Part shown: positions 27,216 to 38,684 of the stretch, in pieces | How the letters are laid out: each line of letters opens with the position of its first letter | Position numbering within the stretch: the first letter of the stretch is position 1 | Source: Anthoceros angustus | Lineage: Eukaryota; Plantae; Anthocerotophyta | Direction: 5' to 3' | DNA: 64,000 bases | Assembly: GCA_010909165.1 (NCBI GenBank) | Contig: MU008151.1 | Coordinates: 558,001-622,000, forward strand | Notes under the pieces: generated by a model | What the model saw: the letters and a program-made list of their open reading frames with translations, nothing else | Database searches by the model: none | Told to the model about the DNA's origin: nothing | Translations under genes and position numbers: made by a program

Positions 27216-28415
27216 TTACCGACGCTTTTTGCCAGCATACTTCTTCGACTTTGATGGAGTTATCAAAAGATAAGCGAAGAGACCAATAATGCCCAGAACC
27301 GTTACCAGAGGTCCGTATCCGATGACCGCTCTCTGCACAAGCATGCCAAGTTGTGAGCCACTGAGGTATTGGAACGCGTGCAGCAAGATACTGATGCTAA
27401 GCAGAAAACCACGGGATCCCACCTTCAACTGATGTTCAGACCAGACGGCATTGGGGAAGGACACCACCACGCAGACATGAGTTAGAACTGCAGCAAGCAG
27501 AAAAACGCATCGAAAAAGCTGCAGCATGTATACAAGTCCTACCAGTTCAAGCTTGTTCTGGCCAGACTTGTCAGACAACACGTCCAGCTCAAAGATCGGA
27601 GTAGACCATGCCTCCTGAAATTATTGAGCAGCAAGATCTTAGATAAGACACGGAGAAGTCAAGCACAAAAACCTTCCAAACTGTCAGCGAGCGGACAGCC
27701 AACCTGCAGTTGGGACTTGGCTGCGACTCGGTACTTGATAACAGCTGGAGAACCTCTGAACGGCCCCTTAACCTTGGGCTCTAGGAGGAATTCATGAGAC
27801 AAAAGACCCCCACTGCAAAAAACAACCAACACGTATGAACAAAATCCCCAAACGCGCCAGAGACACCAGCACAGCAACACTACTCACGCATCCAGCTTCT
27901 CCCACGATTGCGAGAAGTTGCCACTGACGAGGCTGAAGGCCTCCGCTGGCCAGCTATCATCGTTCAAGACCACATCATACGCCGTGCTGCAACCCCATCA
28001 CTCCCACCAGCCAACCGTCAGCCATCAGAATTATTCGCAACCCGCCGGAGAGAACTTCAACCCCAAAACAGGGCATTCAAGCGGATCAGCAGATCTAGAC
28101 TGCAATCCTACTAGACATGCAACCGGCGGCAAAACGCGAGCTGATACACAGCGCCGCCAGCCATCGGCATGCGGAAATCAAGCTGAGATACGAGATCTCC
28201 AAGAACGGCAGATGCAGCAGAGCTCACCTAGCGCCGGCGTTGAAGACGGTGATGCCAACAGAGACACGCTCGGACTTAGCCTTGCCTTTGCTGATGCGCG
28301 CATATTTTTGCACCACCAGAAAGGCGTTTTCTGAAGCACCGGCAACGGCCAGCTCCAGCAGCAGCAAAAGCGCCAACACCGAGGCAGCAGCCACCATCGC
28401 CGCAGCTCGCCCCAT
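27216..28415 (-). CDS. SSR2: Translocon-associated protein subunit beta (TRAP-beta/SSR2), multi-exon
   Basis: Signal peptide, then AFLVVQK...KSERVSVGITVFNAG|TAYDVVLNDDSW...SWEKLDA|GGLLSHEF...PAVIKYR...LQ|EAWSTPI. C-terminal transmembrane helix and basic tail TPSKSKKYAGKKRR*. Confidence 0.9.
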
Positions 28416-28827
28416 CACGCTTGCAAAGCAAAGGCCCGGTCTTTGGATTCTGCCTGGAAATGGCAGGACATAAATTCCCCCAAGGAAAATCTTTGGTTTA
28501 ACGGAATTCTCTGCTTAGCTCTGCGGTGCCTGTAGTCTGTTAAGTCTGCTCTGAGTTAATGGGATAACACACATCTACACACTCACATACATATGTGCTG
28601 AGTTCCATGCTGATGGTTGTCTTATTAAGAAGGTTTCTACTTAAGATATTATTACTTAGGGAGAACGGTTTAGACGGCTTTATAAGTTGACTTATACAAG
28701 AGTTAGAGAACATAGGCTGGTTATTAAAATGTTCACTTTCTTATAAATGTGTGTCCAAATGGCTTAGAACGTCGTAAATGGCTTATAAATGTTTAAGCAT
28801 GATTATTAAACATCCTGCGTTTGGATC

Positions 28828-29034
28828 GGTACTTAGATGGGGTGCCTAAAGGGAATGGATGCCCTTGGTGCAAGTAGCTTAGGTATACCATGGTACAAGT
28901 TGTTGAGTACCAAGTCCCATGACTGAAATCCGTCCTTAGTGGACTTCAATAAAATTCTTCAAGTTGTTGAGTACCAAGTCCCATGACGGAAATCCGTCCT
29001 TAGTGGACTTCAATAAAATTCTTCTTCTTCTTCT
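28828..29034 (+). mobile_element. Dispersed short retroposon-like element with an internally duplicated 3' end and (TTC)n tail
   Basis: Related copies at 21005 (+) and 55405-55556 (-). The 3' end has a gacggaaatccgtc hairpin, then AATAAA, then ttcttcttcttc. A ~64-bp block is duplicated at 28897 and 28961. Confidence 0.55.
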
Positions 29035-29189
29035 ATTATTCAGAGGTTTATTTGTAACAATTATGGCACTTCCGTTTGGGTCATGTGCATCCATGGAAGG
29101 TACTTCAAACGGCTCGATATTATGGTTTTCATGTACCTCCATCAATTGTTGGTTCTATGTGTTCTTATTGTATGTTATTTCATATGAGT

Positions 29190-29561
29190 TTGGCTTCAGT
29201 TTTCTGGTTTGACGCATTTCAAACAGCTGCCTACATCTTGAACAAGGTTGTTTCTGATGTTCTTATGGGTCAAAATCCAGAGGCATTGCAGACTGGTGTG
29301 GTTCCTTCTTCTACAAATTTGAGTGTGTTTGGATCAGTAGCGTTTGCCCATGTTCCAAGAGAAAAGAGATCAAAACTGGATAAGCGAAGTGTTGCGTGCA
29401 TTTGTGTTGGATATTGCAAAAATTCCCTGGGTTATCATTGGTTTGATCCCAATACTCGACGAATTATTTCAAGTCAAGATGTTACTTTTTGTGAAGATTT
29501 GTCTTGGAAGGATTCAAATCATTCTTCGCAGTCATGCGATCATGATCTTATTTTTGAATAG
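29190..29561 (+). mobile_element. Ty1/Copia retrotransposon fragment (integrase C-terminus/SH3-like region)
   Basis: FWFDAFQTAAYILNKV...VFGSVAFAHVPREKRSKLDKRSVACICVGY...GYHWFDPNTRRIISSQDVTFCE. Confidence 0.88.
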
Positions 29562-30897
29562 TTCCCTTCTTTGTTACCCTTGGATCATGATGATCACTAC
29601 TTTTTTTATGAAGCTTTAGATTCCAATTCTGGGAATGATGCTCAACATGATGTACATAATGATCATGGTGTGGATCCACTTGAAAGTTAGTCCCCCCTTA
29701 TCTGCTACTTGTTTTGACACCTCTTCCCTTTGGCCGTTCATTCGATAGCTGTAGCTACCTTCGATGCTCATTGTCCCTGGCTTTTGTTCTCGTGCGGGGT
29801 CTTGATATAACGTTTTTATCCTTATAAGCTCTTGATTAAGCGTGAAAAAAGCATAATATTTTAGTATGTAAAATGTGGTAAACTTATGAATGCACACCAA
29901 GTTCTTTACAACATGAACACAAAGATGTGTGTGTATTTGTGTTTGCCAAGCTTTTGAAAACATGAACACAAAAACATATGTATCCATTTGTGTTCATGCT
30001 ATCTAAAAACACTTCAACCAAAATAAAGTGCACTTTCAGAACGTTTGCCACAAATACATACTTTTGGGTGTCACTGAGACGTACTTTAGATAATATATCT
30101 CGTCCGCTATAAAAATAGCACAAGTTGTTGTCCTTAAAGATTGCTTTTACGGTTGTTAATGATTATTCTATGTTGAGTAGTACGTGATTTACCTACCTAT
30201 TTTTACCTAAATTACATAAATATTCTGAATTGTCTAAAGGTACACATTATGTAAGTATTGTAATATTTAATGTATTGATATTTTAATTTATTAATATTAT
30301 TCTATCATTTTGATCTAAAGTGTGTCAGTAGGCCAGTACATTGTACCTAATGTGCTGGCCTATCCTTTTGATAAAATAATTATATAGATAGTAAAAAAGA
30401 TTAAACCAATTGAATTATAAAGATACAAAACAGAGTTCTGAACTGAGTAAATTGAGTGTAGAACTACGGAGCTAAACTTTCATGCGAAAATTCGCCAAAG
30501 AAATAAACTCTCATATGACTTGGATGCCAATATAAATTACAATAATAATAAAAACAACCTTAAACAATAGGCACCTATATAAAACCACTACAGGGTGTTG
30601 TGGCAAAAGAAACTCCTATCCTAATAGGTCACAATGGTTAATAGCTACATATGTACATACATATATGAACAACGGATTTACGACCTGGAGGAAGTGGAAC
30701 AAGCTCCCACATTCCATTTTGCAAGAGTGAGCTCCACTCATCTTGCAAAGCCTGCTCCCACAAATGCCACTGTGAGAAAGCATAGGCCTCGACAATTAAT
30801 TGAGGCTCCTGATGAGCAGAAATAAGACCAACAACATCCTCAGTTTCATAATATTCTAGTTGTCGATGAGAAGGAGTACGTAATCTTTCAAAACGAC

Positions 30898-31135
30898 GAA
30901 CTACATTGGTGGCACAAGATCATTAGAAAGAACATGATTATGTTGAGGAACCCAGTAGAATTTTGTGAAAAACCTCGAGATTCAGGAGGAATATTATGTG
31001 GAAACGCATCACCAAAAGGATGAACTACATTGGTGGCACAAGATCATTAGGAAGAACATGATTATGTTGAGGAACCCAGCAGAATTTGGTGAAAAACCTG
31101 GAGATTTAGGAGGAGTATTATGTGGAAACCCATCA
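30898..31135. repeat. ~124-bp tandem duplication
   Basis: gaactacattggtggcacaagatcattag.aagaacatgattatgttgaggaaccca occurs at 30898 and 31022. Confidence 0.8.
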
Positions 31136-31966
31136 CGAGAACTCGCAAGATCCGGACTAACTTCACCAATAACATGTCTAACCCAACATTTCTCTAACCA
31201 TTCCTTAAGGAAGTGCAGCGTCGAGGATAGTGGCACCTCGCCCATTCCTCTTGCTTTGAAGTGCTTATGTGAAGATCTCTAGCTGAACTATCGCACACCC
31301 CGAGATTCACCTAGCTTGTATAGGTTCTGCACCCACACCCAAGATTGAGGTTGTAACGCAACAACTTGTCAAAGTCTAGATATTGTGACCATATTTGTGG
31401 GTTGCCATTTTTTCATCACCATTCTTCTAGGAATGAGATACTACGTTGGGACTTGTATTTTCATTGGATAGTGGAAACTTGCAGCTCAGGTTATTATCCC
31501 TTAAGAGTTGCATTGTTAAGAAGGTACTTTAATAGAGTTTTCTCAAATATGTGTGTTTATGTTGCGGTCAGAATTCGCTGTGCTTACGAATATCATATAA
31601 GGCTCTCTGGATTTATTGTGGCCGTATTCACAACAAATCACAGCAAGTGAAAGTCATTACCGCGGACTGAAAATGGTCCCTCCCAGGGTAGCCTGCCCAT
31701 CGCCGCTCATGCCACTTCCACCACAGTGGTTATCTAATCCTTTGCGGCCATGGTGTCAAAAATCGGGTGTGACATTTTCACCCAAACATTAAGGACGACA
31801 ACAGAAACTTGGAGTTGGATCTTGTAGTTTGTTCTCAACAAAATGAGGTGTCAGGGACTAGACCTTGGAACTTTTTCTCCACACAAAAGGATGGCTTCAT
31901 GGGTAGGATATTCTACGTACCTCGTAACTGTGTCTGGCGCACACACTGCTAGTTCATAACGCATTC

Positions 31967-34653
31967 TCACGGACGACCCTTGCAACTGCAACAACCATGC
32001 GCGAATCGATGCACACGGTACCCATCCCTTACAACAATGTCTCTCTGTTCGAGCCTTGACATGATCTCCGTGGAACTGTGGCAGTCACTGCACATGCGTA
32101 GATTCTTTGTTACGACAAGAGGTGTTCCATTCGGAGTGTTCAAGAGACCAAACGCCAGGGCTAGTTTCTCAGCATGCCCACAAAGCACATCTTCCTTTTC
32201 CATCTCACTCATTGGCTTCAACACCAATTTTGTGTGAGGTATGTGGCCTCCTTCCTGCTTCAGACGTGCACTCATGCTCTCTGCCTTTAGCGCAATATCA
32301 TCTTTTCTTTCCCCCACCACAAATGTATGTACCTGCTTCTTCACCTCAATGGTCGCCACTGCAGGTTTCTTGTTGGCTCCTGCTGCCAGCCTCTGTGTTT
32401 CAATCCTGTCTACATCCGTCCACCTACCTGCATCTGCATAGGCATTGGCCATAAGCACATACGCAGACGCCCGCTGAGGGTCTAGCCTAACGATGCTTTC
32501 AAAACACCACATCGCCCTCTTGATATCCCCGTGACTTTTGCAGGCATTCAACAAAGATGTCAAGCCCACAACATTATTTTGGCTCTCACATGATAACAGC
32601 ATGTTCTCAGCCTCATCTAAATTGCCTGCACGCCCAAGAAGATCAATCATGCAATTGTAATGGTCAGCAGTAGGTTTTATGCCATGCTGCTCAGCCATGG
32701 CATCAAAGTGCTTGCGACCCTCATCCACCAGTCCCTCATGACTGCATGCTACTAGAACGCAAGTAAAAGTTGCACCATTAGGCTGAACACCGGCAACTAA
32801 CATCTCCTCAAAACAAGCTAGTGCCTTGTGACCTTCATCACAGGCACCATACCCAGATATCAGGGCGGTCCACGTCACCACATCCTTTGTGGTCAAGCTG
32901 TCAAAAACCCGGCGTGCATCCTCCAGTTTGCCACATTTTGCATACATGTCCACCAGGCAAGTGCCCAACACTATGTTATCCAGCAGTCCACTTTTCACAA
33001 TCTGTGAGTGCAGCTGCCTGCCTTTCTGTAAGGCACCAGTGCTTCCACAGGCCTTCAGAAGGCAAGCAAATACAAAATCGTCAGCCAAAATGAGGCCCTC
33101 CTCCTCCATTTGTCCATACACAACAAGTGCCTCATGTCCGAGCCCTTGCTGGGCATACCCAGCAATCAGCGCTGTCCATGTCACCACATTCTTTGTGGCC
33201 ATGCTGTCAAAAACCTGGCGTGCATCTTCCAGTTCACCACATTTTGCATACATGTCCACCAGGCAGGTGCCCACCAGTACGTCATCCAGCAGTCCTCTTT
33301 CAACAATCTGTGAGTGCAGCTGCCTGCCCTTCTGTAAGGCACCAGTGCTTGCACACGCCTTCAGAAGGCAAGCAAACGTAACATGGTTAGCCAGAATGAG
33401 GCCCTCCTGCTCCATTCGTCCATACAGAATAAGCGCCTCATGTCCAAGGCCTTGCTGGGCATACCCAGCTATCAGGGCATTCCATGTCACCACATCCTTT
33501 GTGTGCATGCTGTCAAAAACCTGGCGTGCATCTTTCAGTTCACCACATTTTGCATACCCAGATATCAGGGCATTCCATGTCACAACATCCTTGTAGGCAT
33601 GCTGTCAAAAACCTGGCGTGCATCTTTCAGTTCGCCACATTTTGCATACATGTCCACCAGGCAGTTGCCAACAAACAGGTTAGCAGGAATCCCACTGTGC
33701 AACACATCACAGTGCACTTTTCTGCCAGATTCCAAGTCGGCGGCAAATGCACAAGCTTGAAGGGCAGCTACAAAGACGTGACCATTCGCCTTCACTCCTG
33801 ACCTACGCATCTCATGGTACAGTTGTATGGCCTCCTTAGGTTTCCCATGTTTAGCATGTGCAGAGATGATGGAACCACATGAAGACATCTGGTTTGCCTA
33901 CCCTGGTGAACACATCCATGGCCTCCTCTAGCCTACCTCCACATGCATACATGCGCAAGATATGGTTTCCCAAGTATGCATTCGACTCGTACCCAAATTT
34001 GACACACAGATCATGAACGCGTCGTCCCACAACCAAATCCTTCTTAGCTGTACACAGTTTCAGCACAGTGCAAAAAAGAGAGTCGGAAATAGCACAGCCT
34101 GTCTGCGCCAGAGATTCCAGGGCTCCAACGGCCTCAGAAAGCTTTCCCTCCTGACAGAACGTGCTCACGGTTACAGCCGTAACCACGTCCATTTCCGATG
34201 TTGCACGCCTCCCAGATTCAGGCTTATTCGGAGGGCTCGACTTGGAAGGAGAGACACCATGACCCATCCGAACATCGAATGAAACGAGCTGCTCATCAAC
34301 CCAAGCTGGCTTGTGCATGCTGCTCAACCACAGCACCTCGCCGGACACCTTACGCCGGAAGTCAGGCGAACGGGAGCTCTTCTTATCTCGTCTGTTGTCC
34401 CACCACAGGGTAGGGTCCAGGAAAAATTGTTGCCACAAGTGCTCCTGCTCCTGGCGACGACCATCGTTGGAAACCCGTCCCACCCAGACATTCTCGGAAG
34501 TGGCTGGCTTACACTGCTGCACCTGGAGGCTTTGTTTGCCAGGGGTTGAGTCCCTGAGATGACGTGAGCGGGAGCTCCTGGTAGAATCCCTGTACACACA
34601 CCGTTTGCAATTTGTTGGGTCCACAACGGGTCCTGTTGCCATACTGTGGCCAT
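31967..34653 (-). CDS. PLS-PPR-E1-E2-DYW:KP (GRP-type) protein with N-terminal PDF-like motif, copy A; full length, ~3 frameshifts (~34500, ~33875, ~33590) that may be real or assembly errors
   Basis: The 538-aa C-terminal ORF has P-L-S triplets at 306-bp spacing, P2-L2-S2, E1/E2, and KKPAVATIEV...LCGHAEKLALAFGL...KNLRMCSDCH...RDGYRVHRFAHGCCSCKGRP*. Upstream frames give WWDNRRDKKSSRSPDFRRK and ATG 34653 (MATVWQQ). Confidence 0.85.
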
Positions 34654-35082
34654 CGTTCTAGGCCAGCTGTCGGAAGATGAGTCTTACAACAGACTCAAAA
34701 GCAGGATGCCCAGGAGAGAGCAGAAGGCATTGGTACCTCAAACAAACACCTTATGGTTTCAAAGATCTGGCTACAAATTGACATGTACACCCACCGCGCA
34801 AGTATCCAACTCAGTCTGGAAGAGATTCATTCGATTCTGACATCTCCGTTATGATAGAGGTAGATCAGTCGAGATGTATACAGTATATTGTGCTAAGGTG
34901 AGAAGTATGAAAGCACACCAGCATGCCCTCCACGCACTCCATACGCAACTAGGTGAAAATATGCGATCAAAGACAACCAAATACCCTTGCAATGCCCAAG
35001 CTTGCTTCCCCACGATCCACTCCAAACCAGGCTCGAGACCTGCAAAAGGTGAGCATAGCCTACCTCCCATCACCAAGAGGGG

Positions 35083-35893
35083 CGAGCTGCTCATCAACCC
35101 AAGCTGGCATGTGTTGTTTAACCACAGCACCTCGCCGGACACCTTACGCCGGAAGTCAGGCGAACGGGAGCTCTTCTTATCTCGTCTGTTGTCCCACCAC
35201 AGGGTAGGGTCCAGGAAAAATTGTTGCCACAAGTGCTCCTGCTCCTGGCGACGACCATCGTTGGAAATCCCGTGCCCACCCAGACATTCTTGCGGCTGTG
35301 GAAGTGCTGGGCTCCTCAGACTGCTGCACCTGGAGGCTTTGTTTGCCAGGGGTTGAGTCCCTGAGATGACGTGAGCGGGAGCTCCTGGTAGAATCCCTGT
35401 ACACACACCGTTTGCAATTTGTTGGGTCCACAACGGGTCCTGTTGCCATACTGTGGCCATCGTTCTAGGCCAGCTGTCGGAAGATGAGTCTTACAACAGA
35501 CTCAAAAGCAGGATGCCCAGGAGAGAGCAGAAGGCATTGGTACCTCAAACAAACACCTTATGGTTTCAAAGATCTGGCTACAAATTGACATGTACACCCA
35601 CCGCGCAAGTATCCAACTCAGTCTGGAAGAGATTCATTCGATTCTGACATCTCGTTATGATAGGTGATCAGTCGAGATGTATACAGTATATTGTGCAAGG
35701 TGAGAAGTATGAAAGCACACCAGCATGCCCTCCACGCACTCCATACGCAACTAGGTGAAAATATGCGATCAAAGACAACCAAATACCCTTGCAATGCCCA
35801 AGCTTGCTTCCCCACGATCCACTCCAAACCAGGCTCGAGACCTGCAAAAGGTGAGCATAGCCTACCTCCCATCACCAAGAGGGGCGAGCTGCT
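35083..35893 (-). pseudogene. Copy B: ~800-bp tandem duplication of the copy A promoter and N-terminus, truncated after the PDF-like motif
   Basis: 34285-35082 is repeated at 35083-35884. The breakpoints share cgagctgct (34285, 35083, 35885). Confidence 0.85.
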
Positions 35894-36079
35894 GCGCGGA
35901 GCGAGCTCCTCATGTGCAGCTTGTTTCCCGCCATAAGTCGCCAAAGCAAACCAGAATCGATTCCCCTAATGCCTGGTAGAGCACACGGAAGTAGGTGATG
36001 TACGTACAACGGGCGAGATGTACGGTAATGCATGTATGCATGTCCAGCCTAGGCCTTCTCTATATCCCCGTGATCTATG

Positions 36080-36900
36080 CAGGCATTCGACAAAGCCGTC
36101 AAGCCCACAACATTACTTTGGCCCTCACACATGATACGAGCATGTTCTCGGCCTCATCTGAAATCGCGTGCACGCCCAGGAAGATGAATTATGCAATTGT
36201 AATAGTCAGTAGTAGGTTTGATGCCATGCTGTTCAGGTGTCGAATCAAAGTGCTTGCGACCCTCATCCACCAGCCCCTCATGCTACTAGAAGGCAAGGAA
36301 AAGTTGCATCATAAGGGTCCATACTGGCAACTAACACCTCCTCAAAACAAGCTAGTGGCCTTCATCACGAGCACCATACTCATATACCAGGGCATTCCAT
36401 GTCCCCACATCCTTTGTGGCCAAGCAGTCAAAAACCCGGCGTGCAGACTCCAGTCTGCCACATTTTGCGAATGTCCCCCAGGAAGTTGCCCAACACTACA
36501 TCATCCACCAGTCCTCTTTCGACAATCAGTGAGAGCAGCTGCTTGCCTTTCTGTTAGGCACCAGTACTTGCACAGGCCTTCAGAAGGCAAGCAAATATAA
36601 CGTAAATGAGGCCCTCTTCCCCATTTGTCCATATACAACCAGCGCTTCATGTCCGAGCCCATGCTGGATGACATTCTTTGTGGCCATGCTGTTGAAAACC
36701 CAACGTGCACCTTTCGGTATCCACCAGGCAGTTGCACTACATCATCCAGCAGTCCTCATTCGACAATCAGTGAGTACAGCTGACTGACCTTGACAACTTG
36801 CACAGGCCTTCAGAAGGCAAACAGAAGTAACATGGATAGCCAAAGGCAGGCATTCGTCCATACACGACAACCGCCTCATGTCCGAGCCCTTGCTGAGCAC
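36080..36900 (-). pseudogene. Copy C: heavily decayed PLS-PPR/E fragment
   Basis: Fragmentary matches to copy A sequence (aagcccacaacatta, tcaaagtgcttgcgaccctcatccacca, cacaggccttcagaaggcaagcaaa) with many deletions and substitutions. Confidence 0.75.
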
Positions 36901-36920
36901 TGGCTATGTCTTGCTTTTTC

Positions 36921-37555
36921 TCACGGTCGGCCCTTACAACTGCAACAACCATCAGCGAATCGATTCACACGGTACCCATCTCTTGAAACAATGTCTCTCT
37001 GTTCGAGCTCCGTCGAACTGTGGCCTTCATGCTGTCGAAAACCTGGCGTGCATCTCTCAGTTCACCACATTTTGCATACCCAGATATCAGGGCATTCCAT
37101 GTCACAACATCCTTTGTAGGAATGCTGTCAAAAACCTGGCGTGCATCTTTCAGTTCGCCACAATTTGCATACATGTCCACCAGGCAGTTGCCAACAAACA
37201 GGTTAATAGGAATGCCAGTGTGCAACACATCACCGTGCACTTTTCTGCCAAATTCCAAGTCGGCCGCCAATGCACAAGCTTGAAGGCAGCTACACAGACG
37301 TGACTACTCGCTTTCACTCCTGACCTACGCATCTCATGGTACAATCGTATGGCCTCATTCGCTTTCCCCCGTTTAGCATGTGCAGAGACGATGGAAGACC
37401 ACGTGAAAACATCTGGTCTGTTTATCGTGGTGCACACATCCATGGCCTCCTCTAACCTCCCTCCCCACTGCTGCACTTGGAAGCTTGGTAGTTTACCGGG
37501 GACTGAAGCCCTGAAGTGAGGTAAGCGGGAGGTCCGGTTGCCATATAGCGGACAT
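36921..37555 (-). pseudogene. Copy D1: internally deleted PPR-DYW:KP derivative (few PPR motifs joined out of frame to the DYW tail)
   Basis: GGRLEEAMDV...[26 protein letters not shown], then a jump into STELEQRDIVSRDGYRV...CSCKGRP-coding sequence. No PDF-like motif. Confidence 0.8.
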
Positions 37556-37811
37556 CGTTCAGGGACCGCTGTCGACAAATGAGGTGAACACCAGACTCTG
37601 GAAGGCTGCCCAGGTACCGTGCATGAGCACACCAACCTGAAGGATCGTGCAAACGTTGTCTTTCCGGCATCCCAGAAGACATAAGTGATAGGATTCGCAG
37701 TGTGCAATGGCACGTATGCTTCGATCACGATGTGTAAGGCCTCCGTGCCAGAAAGAGACATCCATACTTGTCTAACTATCTCTGTTACTACTGCCTAGTT
37801 CTTCATTATTC

Positions 37812-38434
37812 TCAAGGTCGGCCCTTACAACTGCAACAACCATTTGCGAATCGATGCACACGGTACCCATCCCTTGAAACAATGTCTCTCTGTTCGAGCT
37901 CCGTCGAACTGTGGCCTTCATGCTGTCGAAAACCTGGCGTGCATCTCTCAGTTCACCATTTTGCATACCCAGATATCAGGCATTCCATGTCACAACATCC
38001 TTTGTAGGAATGCTGTCAAAAACCTGGCGTGCATCTTTCAGTTCGCCACAATTTGCATACATGTCCACCAGGCAGTTGCCAACAAACAGGTTAATAGGAA
38101 TGCCACTGTGCAACACATCACCGTGCACTTTTCTGCCAAATTCCAAGTCGGCCGCCAATGCACAAGCTTGAAGCAGCTCACAGAGTGACTACTCGCTTTC
38201 ACTCCTGACCTACGCATCTCATGGTACAATCATGGCCTCATTCGCTTTCCCCCGTTTAGCATGTGCAGAGACGATGGAAGACCACGTGAAAACATCTGGT
38301 CTGTTTATCGTGGTGCACATCCATGGCCTCCTCTAACCTCCTCTAACCTCCCTCCCACTGCTGCACTTGGAAGCTTGGTAGTTTACCGGGACTGAAGCCT
38401 GAAGTGAGGTAAGCTCAGTTCCATATGCGGACAT
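37812..38434 (-). pseudogene. Copy D2: tandem duplicate of D1 (~880-bp unit including the upstream flank)
   Basis: Nearly identical to 36921-37811 apart from small deletions. Confidence 0.8.
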
Positions 38435-38684
38435 CGTTCAGGGACCGCTGTCGACAAATGAGGTGAACACCAGACTCAGGCTGCCCAGGTACCGTGCATG
38501 AGCACCAACCTGAAGGATCGTGCAAACGTTGTCTTTCCGGCATCCCAGAAGACATAAGTGATAGGATTCGCAGTGTGCAATGGCACGTATGCTTCGATCA
38601 CGATGTGTAAGGCCTCCGTGCCAGAAAGAGACATCCATACTTGTCTAACTATCTCTGTTACTACTGCCTAGTTCTTCATTATTC

